This document shows positions 1-8,276 of a stretch of 64,000 nucleotides of DNA, in pieces; the stretch's first letter is position 1; each line of letters opens with the position of its first letter. Both the position numbers and the translations under genes were made by a program. The DNA comes from an uncultured Thermotogae bacterium (GTDB lineage: Bacteria; Bipolaricaulota; Bipolaricaulia; RBG-16-55-9), in the NCBI GenBank assembly GCA_964567595.1, contig CAZMNF010000005.1, positions 305-64,304 on the forward strand, read 5' to 3'. Under the pieces are notes generated by a model. The model was given only the letters and a program-made list of their open reading frames with translations. It did not search any database and was not told the DNA's origin.

Positions 1-90
1 GTGCGGGTGCAGCAGCGCCCCGACGGCGTAGATGGAGAGCGTCCCCGCGATCCAGCGCGCCAACCCGCGCAGAAGTCGATCTTGCGTCAT
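1..90 (-). CDS. 5' end of an unidentified ORF running off the window edge (partial)
   Basis: ATG at 88-90 (minus) opens MTQDRLLRGLARWIAGTLSIYAVGALLHPH with no stop before position 1. It is divergent from the rhomboid gene. Only 30 codons are visible. Confidence 0.2.
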   Translation of the reverse strand, partial: MTQDRLLRGLARWIAGTLSIYAVGALLHPH

Positions 91-199
91 GCCGAATCGA
101 TTGTAGGCTGTCGGGGCTTCCGCGTGCAATTTCCCGTGCCTTGCAGCTCCAGCGAGACGGATTTAGAGTGGCGCGGTCGGGCACGACGGGAGCGTCGCC

Positions 200-1006
200 A
201 TGTTTTTGCCGATTCGCGATTACCGCCGCAGTCGCACCACGCCCGTCCTGACGTTCGTCATCATCGGCATCAACGTCCTTGTCTTCCTCTTCCAGACGTT
301 TGTGGTGGGCGGCAGCGGCGGCGAGGCCGACTACGGCATCGTCCGCGGCTCCCAGTGCATCCCGCTGTCCGGGGGCGATCGCTTCATCTTCGCGAACGGC
401 GTCAAGCCGTGCGAGCTCTTCGGCAGCTGCGGCGACACCCAGGTCTGCGTTATCGAAAACCGCCGCGTCGTCGAGGTGACGACCGTCGAGGGGCCGTTTC
501 CGGAGTCCCGCTTGCCCGCGTGGCTGACGATCTTCTCGGCGATGTTCGTCCACGGCGGGCTGCTCCACATCGCCAGCAACATGTGGTTCCTCTGGATCTT
601 CGGCGACAACGTCGAAGACCGCATGGGCACGGGGCGATTTTTGGCCTTCTATCTCCTGACGGGGCTGGTCGCCGCGGCGGCCCAGATCCTGAGCAATCCC
701 GCGAGCACCACGCCTATGGTGGGGGCCAGCGGCGCCGTCGCCGGCGTATTGGGCGCCTACATGATGCTCTACCCGCGCGGCCGGGTGCTGACGCTCATGT
801 GGATCGTCTGGTTCATTCAGTTCATCGAGCTGCCGGCGGTCATCGTGCTCGGCATGTGGATCCTGCTCCAAGTCATCCAAGCGCTGATCGGGCAAGGCAT
901 GCTGTCGGGCGGCGGCGTGGCCTACCTCGCCCACATTGGCGGCTTTCTTGCAGGAGTGGTGCTCGTGAAGGTCTTCGCTCGGCCGGAGCAGCCGGATTAC
1001 TTATAG
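200..1006 (+). CDS. Rhomboid-family intramembrane serine protease
   Basis: Rhomboid hallmarks HIASNMWFLWIFG, GASGAVAGVLGAY (catalytic Ser) and AHIGGFLAG (His). Multiple hydrophobic helices. GGGAG lies 7 nt upstream of the ATG. Confidence 0.85.
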   Translation: MFLPIRDYRRSRTTPVLTFVIIGINVLVFLFQTFVVGGSGGEADYGIVRGSQCIPLSGGDRFIFANGVKPCELFGSCGDTQVCVIENRRVVEVTTVEGPFPESRLPAWLTIFSAMFVHGGLLHIASNMWFLWIFGDNVEDRMGTGRFLAFYLLTGLVAAAAQILSNPASTTPMVGASGAVAGVLGAYMMLYPRGRVLTLMWIVWFIQFIELPAVIVLGMWILLQVIQALIGQGMLSGGGVAYLAHIGGFLAGVVLVKVFARPEQPDYL

Positions 1007-1260
1007 TAGTTGGCGTTGATCTCGATGAATTCGCGCCACTGCTCCGGCAGATCCTCCTCGGGATAGATGGCCTCAACCGGACAGACGGCCGCGCACGCCG
1101 CGCAGTTGATGCAGGTCTCGGGGTCAATATAGAGCATGCGAACGTCGGCGAACTCAGCTTCATCGGGCCGGGGATGGATGCAGTCCACGGGGCAGACTTG
1201 CACGCATTCCGTCGACTTTTCGTCCACGCAAGGTTGGGCGATCACAAAGGCCATCGGCAA
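997..1260 (-). CDS. 7Fe-type (3Fe-4S/4Fe-4S) ferredoxin
   Basis: Cluster motifs CVQVCPVDC and CINCAACAAVCP in an 87-aa acidic protein. GAAGGGAG SD upstream. The start could also be the second Met (1254). Confidence 0.85.
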   Translation of the reverse strand: MPMAFVIAQPCVDEKSTECVQVCPVDCIHPRPDEAEFADVRMLYIDPETCINCAACAAVCPVEAIYPEEDLPEQWREFIEINANYYK

Positions 1261-1372
1261 TGCTCCCTTCTTGGATGATCCAGATCAAGTATAGCAACGC
1301 CGCAAAGAGCGCCGCAATGCCGACTAGGTCGCGGGACCGGCCTGTCGCCACGAGCGCTGTTACCATGGGCCC

Positions 1373-1966
1373 ATGAGCCCGGTGCTCGGCAGCCGTAAGC
1401 GATTCCTCTACCGTGTGCTCGTCTACGGCGCGACGCCGCTGTTGGGCCTGTTCGTCTTTCTTGACAACCCGAACGACCTGCGCGGCCGCGTCATCGGCGG
1501 TCTGGCCATTCTGGCCGGGGCCGTGTCGCTCGTGCTGCTCATCACGCGGATGCGCGATCCGTGGGGCGCGATCCGTTACGCCATCCGCCCCGTTCCGATG
1601 CTGAAATCCGTCTTGGCCAGTTGGCCACGCCATCAGGGCCATCAGGGCACGGATGATGGAGACCTCGTCTTCTCCCTTCAGGCCCATCTCAGCCAACAGT
1701 TGCCCGATCTGGCGATCGGCATCGGCGATCCCCAGGACGATGCCGTCCTGACGTTGGGCGATGACGTGACGGTGATCCCCACCGCGCCCCCCCAGACGAT
1801 CGCGGAACGGGATGGGCTGCTCGAGCGTTTGGAGGCACTGTCTTCGCCGCTGGAGAGCCGTGCGATGGTGCTCGTGCTTGCGGCTTCGGACGCAGCAGGA
1901 GCGACGGATGAAGCTGATCTATCGCATCTTGACCGGACTCGCGGCGTTTACGTCGTCCGTGTTTAG
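1373..1966 (+). CDS. Hypothetical membrane protein
   Basis: ATG ORF with GC3-rich codon usage and two hydrophobic helices (VLVYGATPLLGLFVFL, GGLAILAGAVSLVLLI). No recognisable domain. The antisense ORF 1160-1696 looks non-coding. Confidence 0.5.
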   Translation: MSPVLGSRKRFLYRVLVYGATPLLGLFVFLDNPNDLRGRVIGGLAILAGAVSLVLLITRMRDPWGAIRYAIRPVPMLKSVLASWPRHQGHQGTDDGDLVFSLQAHLSQQLPDLAIGIGDPQDDAVLTLGDDVTVIPTAPPQTIAERDGLLERLEALSSPLESRAMVLVLAASDAAGATDEADLSHLDRTRGVYVVRV

Positions 1967-4533
1967 CCGGCAAACAGTCGGTGCAGCGGCAGCTTCCGCA
2001 TGGCCAGGTCGAGCAGGAACAGCACGAGCGAGGCCAGCGCTAGCGAGGACCAGATGTCTTGGTACGCGTACGCCCGTCCCTCGAGGAGCGACGGCGCTTC
2101 GTTGATCGACTCAAGGTACCGGCCGCCGGTCGTCTCGGCCATCCGGCGCAGCGATTCGGAATTGAGCCCGATGCGGCGGTATTCCTCCGGGTACGGCACG
2201 CTGATTGTCTCCTGGACGCGGCCGAGCTGATCGCTGCCCACATTGAGCAGATGAACCCCTTCGGCGACGTCCTCCAGGGTCGCCCGGTAGCGCCCGGGCG
2301 CGATGCGCTCGAACGCGAGCGAGCGCGGCTCGGACCCGAGCGAGGCCACGCGGCCCTGCACGTCGGCGTCGTTGAGCCAGCGCCCGTCCTGTTGCGCATC
2401 CACGGTCACGGTGAGCCTGGAACCGTCCAGATCCCGACGGACGTCGAGACTGTCCGGGCGTAGCGCGCTCTTGCTGTAGACCTGGCCCAAAATATCCGAC
2501 ATCAAGTTGCTCAAGCCGGACCACTGCAGCCACTGTTCCGCGTCGGTCTCGCTGAGCGCGGTGTTCAAGACCGCCGCCTTGCCGAGGCCGTAGCGCCACG
2601 TGCTCACCAGCGGATCGTCCGGGCCATCTTCCGGCCCGACGAACAATTCCGTCTTGGCGCTCGGCTTCTCGAACGTCAGGACATACCCGCCCACGGGCGG
2701 AACCGCCGCCGGATCCACTTGGCGAAGCTCATCGGCGAACGGGCCCGAGCGGACCGGAATGGGGCCCTTGATCCAACGGGCCCGCTGGAGCCGGATCAGC
2801 TCCTCCAGCGTGATTTCGGGCAGATCGCGCGCGTCCGAGACGGGGTACTTCTTCCCCACGCCGACCTCGGCCAGGCGCCACATCAGCTCGCGATCGGCTT
2901 GATTGCCGATCGCGATCGACGACGCCGTGATCGGGCTCTGCTCGACGTTCCGGAACAGCGACGGAAAGTCGCGACGCTCACGGACGAACTTTCCGTCCGA
3001 AAAGACGAGGGTGTGTCGCACTCGAGCGTCAGCGCCTTGGAGGGCCTCCACGGCGTCCTCGAGCGCCGGATGGGCGTCCGTGCCGCCGCTGGGGCTGAGC
3101 TCCTCGATCGATTGCAGAATCTCCTCGCGACGGCCCTCGACGGGCCCGAGCTCGACGAGCCAGTCGTGCGTGGCGTCGAAGCCGATGATGCCCACGAGGT
3201 CCTCGCTGTTCAGCTTCTGCACGGCGCGCATTGCGGCCTGTTTCAACAGGTCAATCTTCTGACCCTGGCCGGCCAGCTCGCCCATTGAGCCCGACCGGTC
3301 CAGCACCATGACGAGCCCGAGCGCGGGCTTGCGCATCTCCTCCGGCCCCTCGTATGTGACGGGCAGGATCTTCTCGAACTTCGGATCCGCAAAGTTCTGC
3401 ACGGCATCGCGGCCCTGGATGAGCCAGAAACCGCCGCCCAGGTCGCGGACGTAGCGCTCCAGCACCCCTTGCTGGCGGTCCGTGAGCGAGCGCAACGGGA
3501 CGTTCTCAAAAATGACCGCCCGATACGGCAATAGCGCCGACAACGACGGAGCAAACTCGTTCAACGACACGCTCGTATGCGCCGAGCCCGTCTCGTTCAA
3601 AACGCGGCTCAACGTCGACGAGGGAGCGCTCTCGTCGGGGCCGCGCACGACGAGCACGCGCGGCTCGCCCGTCGCGCGCACCACCTGCTCGTAACGATTG
3701 TTCTCGCTCAGGACGTCGCCCTCGGCGACGAGCTCAACCCGATAGGCATGGGCGCCGGACTCGGCGAGTTCATCTTCGTGTTCCACGACGTTGAGCCCGG
3801 CGTGGAGCTCGAGCGACCGTTCGCGGATGAGCGACCCGTCGCGGTAGACGAGCAATTGGGCGTCGGCCGATTCGCCCGCATAGACCACTGTCCGCAGGCT
3901 GAACGGCAGATCGGTGGCGACCTCGTTCGGGGCCTGCAGCGCTTGGATCGCCAGCTCGTCCCGCGGGGCCGACAACGGGACCGGGGCAATGGCGATGCCC
4001 TCACGCCGAGCGCGCGCCAGCGAGGTCGCCATATCGCCGCCTGTCGGCTGACCGTCGGAGAGCAGCACGATCGTCCGGGTGGCGTCCTCGGGAAACGTCG
4101 CCATGGCGAGATCCAGCGCGGCCGATACGTTCGTCCCCTCGGGATCAACCTCCGTGTTCAGCTGCGCCATCTCGAGCGTCCCTTGGAACGGCCGCTCCAC
4201 GTAGGCCTCCTTGCCGAAGACGATGACCCCGTACTCGGTGTTGGGCTGCGGTTGCGACAGGCCGTTCAGTCGATCGATCAGCTCGGCCTCCGAGGTCGCC
4301 GCCTGCGCGCTGGCGGACCGATCCACGAGCACGTAAACGGCGTGCTCGTCCACGGCGCTGCGCAACTGCGGGCCGCCGAGCGCAAGGATGAGCGCGAGGA
4401 TGGCCAACAGCCGCAAGCCGATCGCGAGCTTATCCGCGAGCGACTTGCGGATCAGCCCGCGACGTTGGAGGCCGACGTACAGCGCGGGAATAACCAACAG
4501 CGCCAACGGCCACAGCTCGGTCAAGCGGATCAT
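1963..4533 (-). CDS. Large membrane vWA-domain protein (Bat-like, two vWA modules)
   Basis: Start chosen at ATG 4533 (MIRLTELWPLALLVIPAL), which overlaps the upstream stop as ATGA. vWA/MIDAS-like motifs VLVDRSASA and VMVLDRSGSMG, later SDGQ/FSDGK, and a C-terminal TM helix. Confidence 0.8.
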   Translation of the reverse strand: MIRLTELWPLALLVIPALYVGLQRRGLIRKSLADKLAIGLRLLAILALILALGGPQLRSAVDEHAVYVLVDRSASAQAATSEAELIDRLNGLSQPQPNTEYGVIVFGKEAYVERPFQGTLEMAQLNTEVDPEGTNVSAALDLAMATFPEDATRTIVLLSDGQPTGGDMATSLARARREGIAIAPVPLSAPRDELAIQALQAPNEVATDLPFSLRTVVYAGESADAQLLVYRDGSLIRERSLELHAGLNVVEHEDELAESGAHAYRVELVAEGDVLSENNRYEQVVRATGEPRVLVVRGPDESAPSSTLSRVLNETGSAHTSVSLNEFAPSLSALLPYRAVIFENVPLRSLTDRQQGVLERYVRDLGGGFWLIQGRDAVQNFADPKFEKILPVTYEGPEEMRKPALGLVMVLDRSGSMGELAGQGQKIDLLKQAAMRAVQKLNSEDLVGIIGFDATHDWLVELGPVEGRREEILQSIEELSPSGGTDAHPALEDAVEALQGADARVRHTLVFSDGKFVRERRDFPSLFRNVEQSPITASSIAIGNQADRELMWRLAEVGVGKKYPVSDARDLPEITLEELIRLQRARWIKGPIPVRSGPFADELRQVDPAAVPPVGGYVLTFEKPSAKTELFVGPEDGPDDPLVSTWRYGLGKAAVLNTALSETDAEQWLQWSGLSNLMSDILGQVYSKSALRPDSLDVRRDLDGSRLTVTVDAQQDGRWLNDADVQGRVASLGSEPRSLAFERIAPGRYRATLEDVAEGVHLLNVGSDQLGRVQETISVPYPEEYRRIGLNSESLRRMAETTGGRYLESINEAPSLLEGRAYAYQDIWSSLALASLVLFLLDLAMRKLPLHRLFAG

Positions 4534-6383
4534 TCGCCTCTCCTTCCGACAATACCTGCCCAACGGGGGCGATCATAGGTCCACAGCTCGACGACGAGCA
4601 GGCCGAGCCCCAGCGCCAAGGCCCAGGGCCACAGCGGCCGTTCCGACGCCAGGGCGCGATCGTCAGCAGCCGGGGACGGCGTCGGGGCAGCCGTCGTCGA
4701 GGCCGCGTTGTCGCTGGGCCGGCTCAACTTGGATTCGGACGCCGGCACGTTGGCCGCGAAGTCGTACGTGGTTGAGCCCTGCGTGACCCGATAGATGCCG
4801 GGCTGGTCAAGGCGCCCGCACGCGGCATCGTCCTGCCCCACCCGACACGAGCGGCCGTCGGGATCCGTGATCTGGGCTTCCCCTTCCAGGCGATCGAGCG
4901 GCAGCTCCTCCCCGGCGACGAACGCGGTCGTGCGGTCGACGCGCGGCGCGAGCCACTCCGTCAGGCGCGACAAGAGGATGGGAAAGTCGACGGACAGACC
5001 CAAGTTGGATTGGCTCAGGTCAACGCCGACGTAGGCCAGCCGAACGCTCCCACTGGCCACCACGTAGAGGACGGGGGACCCGTCGGCGGACAGGAGGACC
5101 TCGCCATCCGAGGCGACCTCCACCGCGGGCACCTCGCCCAGGCGCCAATCGCTCGGGTCTACCCCCTGTAGCGTCGGATGATCGCGCTCGATGACGACGT
5201 CACCGCCGGAGGTGCCCGGCGTCGCCTCGATCCACGGCGGCATGGCGCTGCCCACGAGCAGATAGCGACCGGGCTGGGGGGACTCGATCGTCGTGTTGTG
5301 GGCGAGCGTCAAGTCGGCGCCCTCGGGCGACGACGTCGCCGACTCCTCGCCTTGGCGGATGACTTCAGCACGCCCGGCCCGCTCAAAGAAACGGCTCAAA
5401 TAGAAGCTATCCTCGCCAACCCAGCGGATCCGCCGTGGGCGCTGCTGCGGCAGCGTCGCGTAGCGGGCGTTGTCGTCGGAGCGCGCGTCCGGCCCCTCCC
5501 CCGGATCGATCTCGGCGACGAACGGGCCCGCCGGCACTTCCGGGCGACTGACGTCCAGCTCGGCCGTGCCCTTGGCCGGCACGTCGACGGCCTGCTCCGC
5601 CACGGTCGCCTCGGACGAGCGGATCTCGACCGGCAAAGACCGTTCGGCATCGTCCCCGTTCCAAACCTGGAGCACGAAGGCGACGCCTCGACCGTTCGGC
5701 TGCGACCGAGCTTTGAACGAGGTCACCGCGACGTTCGCCGTCTCGGCCCCCGACCCGATCACCTCGATCTGCCAGCCGAGAGCCGCCACCTGGGCCGACG
5801 GCGGTTCGTCGGTCAGATAGACCACGCGATCGACGCCGTTCGGGAACTGGCTCTCCACCAGGCGCAGCAGGGCCGCCGGATCCGCATTGTTCTGATAGCT
5901 CGGCTCAAAGCCGTCAAGAACGCGCCGAACGGTCGCATGAGTCGTCGTCGGCGCGACCAATAGCTCGCTGTTGCGCTGAGCTTGGAACAGGGCCGCCTCA
6001 GCCGCGGCGTGGTTCGACAGCACCTCTCGGGCCCTTGCGATGGCCGCTTCGTAGCGAGGCTCGCCGTCGGGCGTCATGTCGGCGCGCATGCTGGCGCTGC
6101 CGTCCAGGACGATCGCGAGCGTCTGCGCCCCTCCAGCTGTGGTGGTCATGACGGGCTGGGCAAGCGCCAGCACGACGGCGATGAGCGCGAGCAGCTGGAG
6201 GATCAACCCGAGCAAGGGCATCCGTTCCAGGCGCAGCGCGCTTCGCGGCTGGCGCTCCACGCCGCGCCAGAACAAAAGCGACGACACGTAGCGCGGCTCC
6301 GCCTGGCGCTTGAGGAAATAGATCGCGGCGACGAGGCCGCCAAGGCCCAACAGCCAGAGCGCACCGCTCGCAAGCAGCGTCAT
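4530..6383 (-). CDS. BatA-N-terminal/vWA domain membrane protein
   Basis: N-terminal TM helix plus LLFWRGVERQP-type aerotolerance-regulator N-domain. vWA motif LAIVLDGSASM and a C-terminal TM. 4-nt overlaps with both neighbours. Confidence 0.8.
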   Translation of the reverse strand: MTLLASGALWLLGLGGLVAAIYFLKRQAEPRYVSSLLFWRGVERQPRSALRLERMPLLGLILQLLALIAVVLALAQPVMTTTAGGAQTLAIVLDGSASMRADMTPDGEPRYEAAIARAREVLSNHAAAEAALFQAQRNSELLVAPTTTHATVRRVLDGFEPSYQNNADPAALLRLVESQFPNGVDRVVYLTDEPPSAQVAALGWQIEVIGSGAETANVAVTSFKARSQPNGRGVAFVLQVWNGDDAERSLPVEIRSSEATVAEQAVDVPAKGTAELDVSRPEVPAGPFVAEIDPGEGPDARSDDNARYATLPQQRPRRIRWVGEDSFYLSRFFERAGRAEVIRQGEESATSSPEGADLTLAHNTTIESPQPGRYLLVGSAMPPWIEATPGTSGGDVVIERDHPTLQGVDPSDWRLGEVPAVEVASDGEVLLSADGSPVLYVVASGSVRLAYVGVDLSQSNLGLSVDFPILLSRLTEWLAPRVDRTTAFVAGEELPLDRLEGEAQITDPDGRSCRVGQDDAACGRLDQPGIYRVTQGSTTYDFAANVPASESKLSRPSDNAASTTAAPTPSPAADDRALASERPLWPWALALGLGLLVVELWTYDRPRWAGIVGRRGE

Positions 6384-7252
6384 TGCACAACCGCCCCTTC
6401 CTGCAACGCACCCGTGACCATTTCATCCAACGGGGTTGCCGAGGACAGACGCAGGTAGCGCATGCCCCGTGCCTCACAGAACCTTTCCAGGTCGTCCTGG
6501 AACTGGCGCACGCGCTGCCGATAGGCCCGTCGCGCCGACTCGTCGACGTACATGGGCAGCTCGGCGTCGCTTTCAATGTCCTGCAACCGCAGTTCGCCCG
6601 TAGCTTCGGGCTCAGTCTCCTCGGGCGCCAACAGATGCAGCACGATCACCTCGTAGCCGTGGTAGCGCAGTCGGGCCAGCCCGTCCTCGTAGCCGCCTTC
6701 GCTCAGCATATCGCTGATCACGACGGCGACGCCGCTTTCGCGGCGGACGCGGGTGAAGTGCGCCAAGGACTCGTCGATCGAGGTCTCGCCGGCGGGCTCG
6801 ACCGACTGGAGAAATTGGAAAATTTGAAAAATCTGGCCGTGGCCGCCGCGCGGCGGCACGCCCTGGGTCAGCGAGCTGGCGAAGGGGAAGATCCCAACCC
6901 GGTTGAGTTCCTTGAGGCTCAGATAGGCCAACGCGCCGGCCAGCTGCGCGGCCGCCGTCGACTTGCCGCCGACGCCCATGGACCGGCTCGTGTCGAGAAA
7001 GACATAGATCGGCACGTCCTCCTCGCGCGAGAAGACCTTGATGAAGAGCTTCCCGAGTCGCCCGTAGAGGTTCCAATCGACGTAGCGCAGGTCGTCGCCC
7101 GGATAGTATTCCTTGTACTCGGCAAACTCCAGGCTCATTCCCGCCCGCGAGGTCAGGTGGCCCCCGCCCAGGGTCCCGCGGAAGCGCCCGCGAATGACGA
7201 GCTCCAGACGCTCCAGGGTGGTCAAAAAATCCGGGTCAAGCAGCAGGGCCAT
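6380..7252 (-). CDS. DUF58 domain protein (MoxR partner)
   Basis: LEFAEYKEYYPGDDLRYVDWNLYGRLGKLFIKVF and VFLDTSRSMG are typical DUF58 signatures. It sits immediately downstream of the MoxR ATPase. Confidence 0.85.
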   Translation of the reverse strand: MALLLDPDFLTTLERLELVIRGRFRGTLGGGHLTSRAGMSLEFAEYKEYYPGDDLRYVDWNLYGRLGKLFIKVFSREEDVPIYVFLDTSRSMGVGGKSTAAAQLAGALAYLSLKELNRVGIFPFASSLTQGVPPRGGHGQIFQIFQFLQSVEPAGETSIDESLAHFTRVRRESGVAVVISDMLSEGGYEDGLARLRYHGYEVIVLHLLAPEETEPEATGELRLQDIESDAELPMYVDESARRAYRQRVRQFQDDLERFCEARGMRYLRLSSATPLDEMVTGALQEGAVVQ

Positions 7253-7255
7253 GCG

Positions 7256-8272
7256 CTACTCCTCGGGAATCGCGTCGCGGACCTGATGCAGGATTGCGTC
7301 GACCGTCACGCCCTCGGCCTCGCCACGGAAATTGCGGATAATGCGATGCCGCAGCGCCGGCTCGACGACGGCGTTGATGTCCCGCAACCGCGTGTTGGGC
7401 TCGCCGTCGAGGAACGCGTTCGCCTTGGCGCCCCACAACAGCGCAATCGCGGCTCGCGGACTGGCACCGTAGGAGACGTAGTCCTGGACCATTTGCGGCG
7501 CTTCCTCGGCCTGCGGGTGCGTCGCGTTGACCAGTCGGGTGATGTAGCGTCGCAAGGGGGCGGCCACCGGCATGTCCGCGACCAGGCGTCGGGCCTCCCG
7601 GATCGCGTCCTGGTCGACCATTTGCTCCAGGGAACGGGTCCCTTCCCGACTCGTCAGGTGACGCTCCAGGATCTCATCCAGCTCGTCCAGGTTGGGATAG
7701 TCGAGCACGAGCTTGAAGAAGAAGCGGTCGATCTGGGCCTCGGGGAGCGGGTACGTCCCTTCCATCTCGATGGGATTCTGCGTGGCGAGCACGATGAACG
7801 GCTCCTCCAGTTGATACGTTTCGCCGCCGACGGTGACGCCGCGCTCCTGCATGGCCTCCAAGAGCGCGGACTGCGTCTTCGGCGTCGCCCGGTTGATCTC
7901 GTCGGCAAGCACAATGTGGGCGAATATCGGCCCCGCGGAGAACTGGAAGTAGCGATGCCCGTGCTCGTCCTCGCTGATGATGTTGGTGCCCAAGATATCG
8001 GCCGGCATCAGATCCGGGGTAAACTGGATCCGTGAGAAGTCGAGCCCGAGGATGGTCCCGAGCGATTTGACGAGCATCGTCTTGCCCAAGCCAGGGACGC
8101 CTTCGAGCAGCACGTGGCCGTTGCAGATGAGCGCGATCAGCGTGCCCCGAATCGCTTCTCGATGGCCGACGATGACGGACTCGAGGCCCTCGCGCAGCCG
8201 CCCGAACGTCTCGGCGCCGCTGTCGAGGCGCTGGTCCAATGGCTGGGCACGGCTGGATGGGTTGGGGGCCAT
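7256..8272 (-). CDS. MoxR-family AAA+ ATPase
   Basis: Walker A GVPGLGKT and Walker B VLADEINRA. Length of 338 aa and overall similarity to the AAA_3/MoxR family. Confidence 0.9.
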   Translation of the reverse strand: MAPNPSSRAQPLDQRLDSGAETFGRLREGLESVIVGHREAIRGTLIALICNGHVLLEGVPGLGKTMLVKSLGTILGLDFSRIQFTPDLMPADILGTNIISEDEHGHRYFQFSAGPIFAHIVLADEINRATPKTQSALLEAMQERGVTVGGETYQLEEPFIVLATQNPIEMEGTYPLPEAQIDRFFFKLVLDYPNLDELDEILERHLTSREGTRSLEQMVDQDAIREARRLVADMPVAAPLRRYITRLVNATHPQAEEAPQMVQDYVSYGASPRAAIALLWGAKANAFLDGEPNTRLRDINAVVEPALRHRIIRNFRGEAEGVTVDAILHQVRDAIPEE

Positions 8273-8276
8273 GGCG

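Noticed and set aside
1160-1696. Minus-strand 178-aa ORF containing a TM-like stretch (LVGIAALFAALLYLIWII) upstream of the ferredoxin gene
   Set aside because: It overlaps the ferredoxin CDS out of frame by about 100 nt. Its codon usage is atypical (many A/T-ending codons). The plus-strand ORF 1373-1966 has better coding character.
6383-8035. 550-aa plus-strand ORF in the six-frame track
   Set aside because: It is antisense to the DUF58 and MoxR genes, which carry clear family motifs. Its translation is Arg/Ala/Gly/Leu-rich without motifs, which is the typical stop-poor antisense frame of a GC-rich genome.
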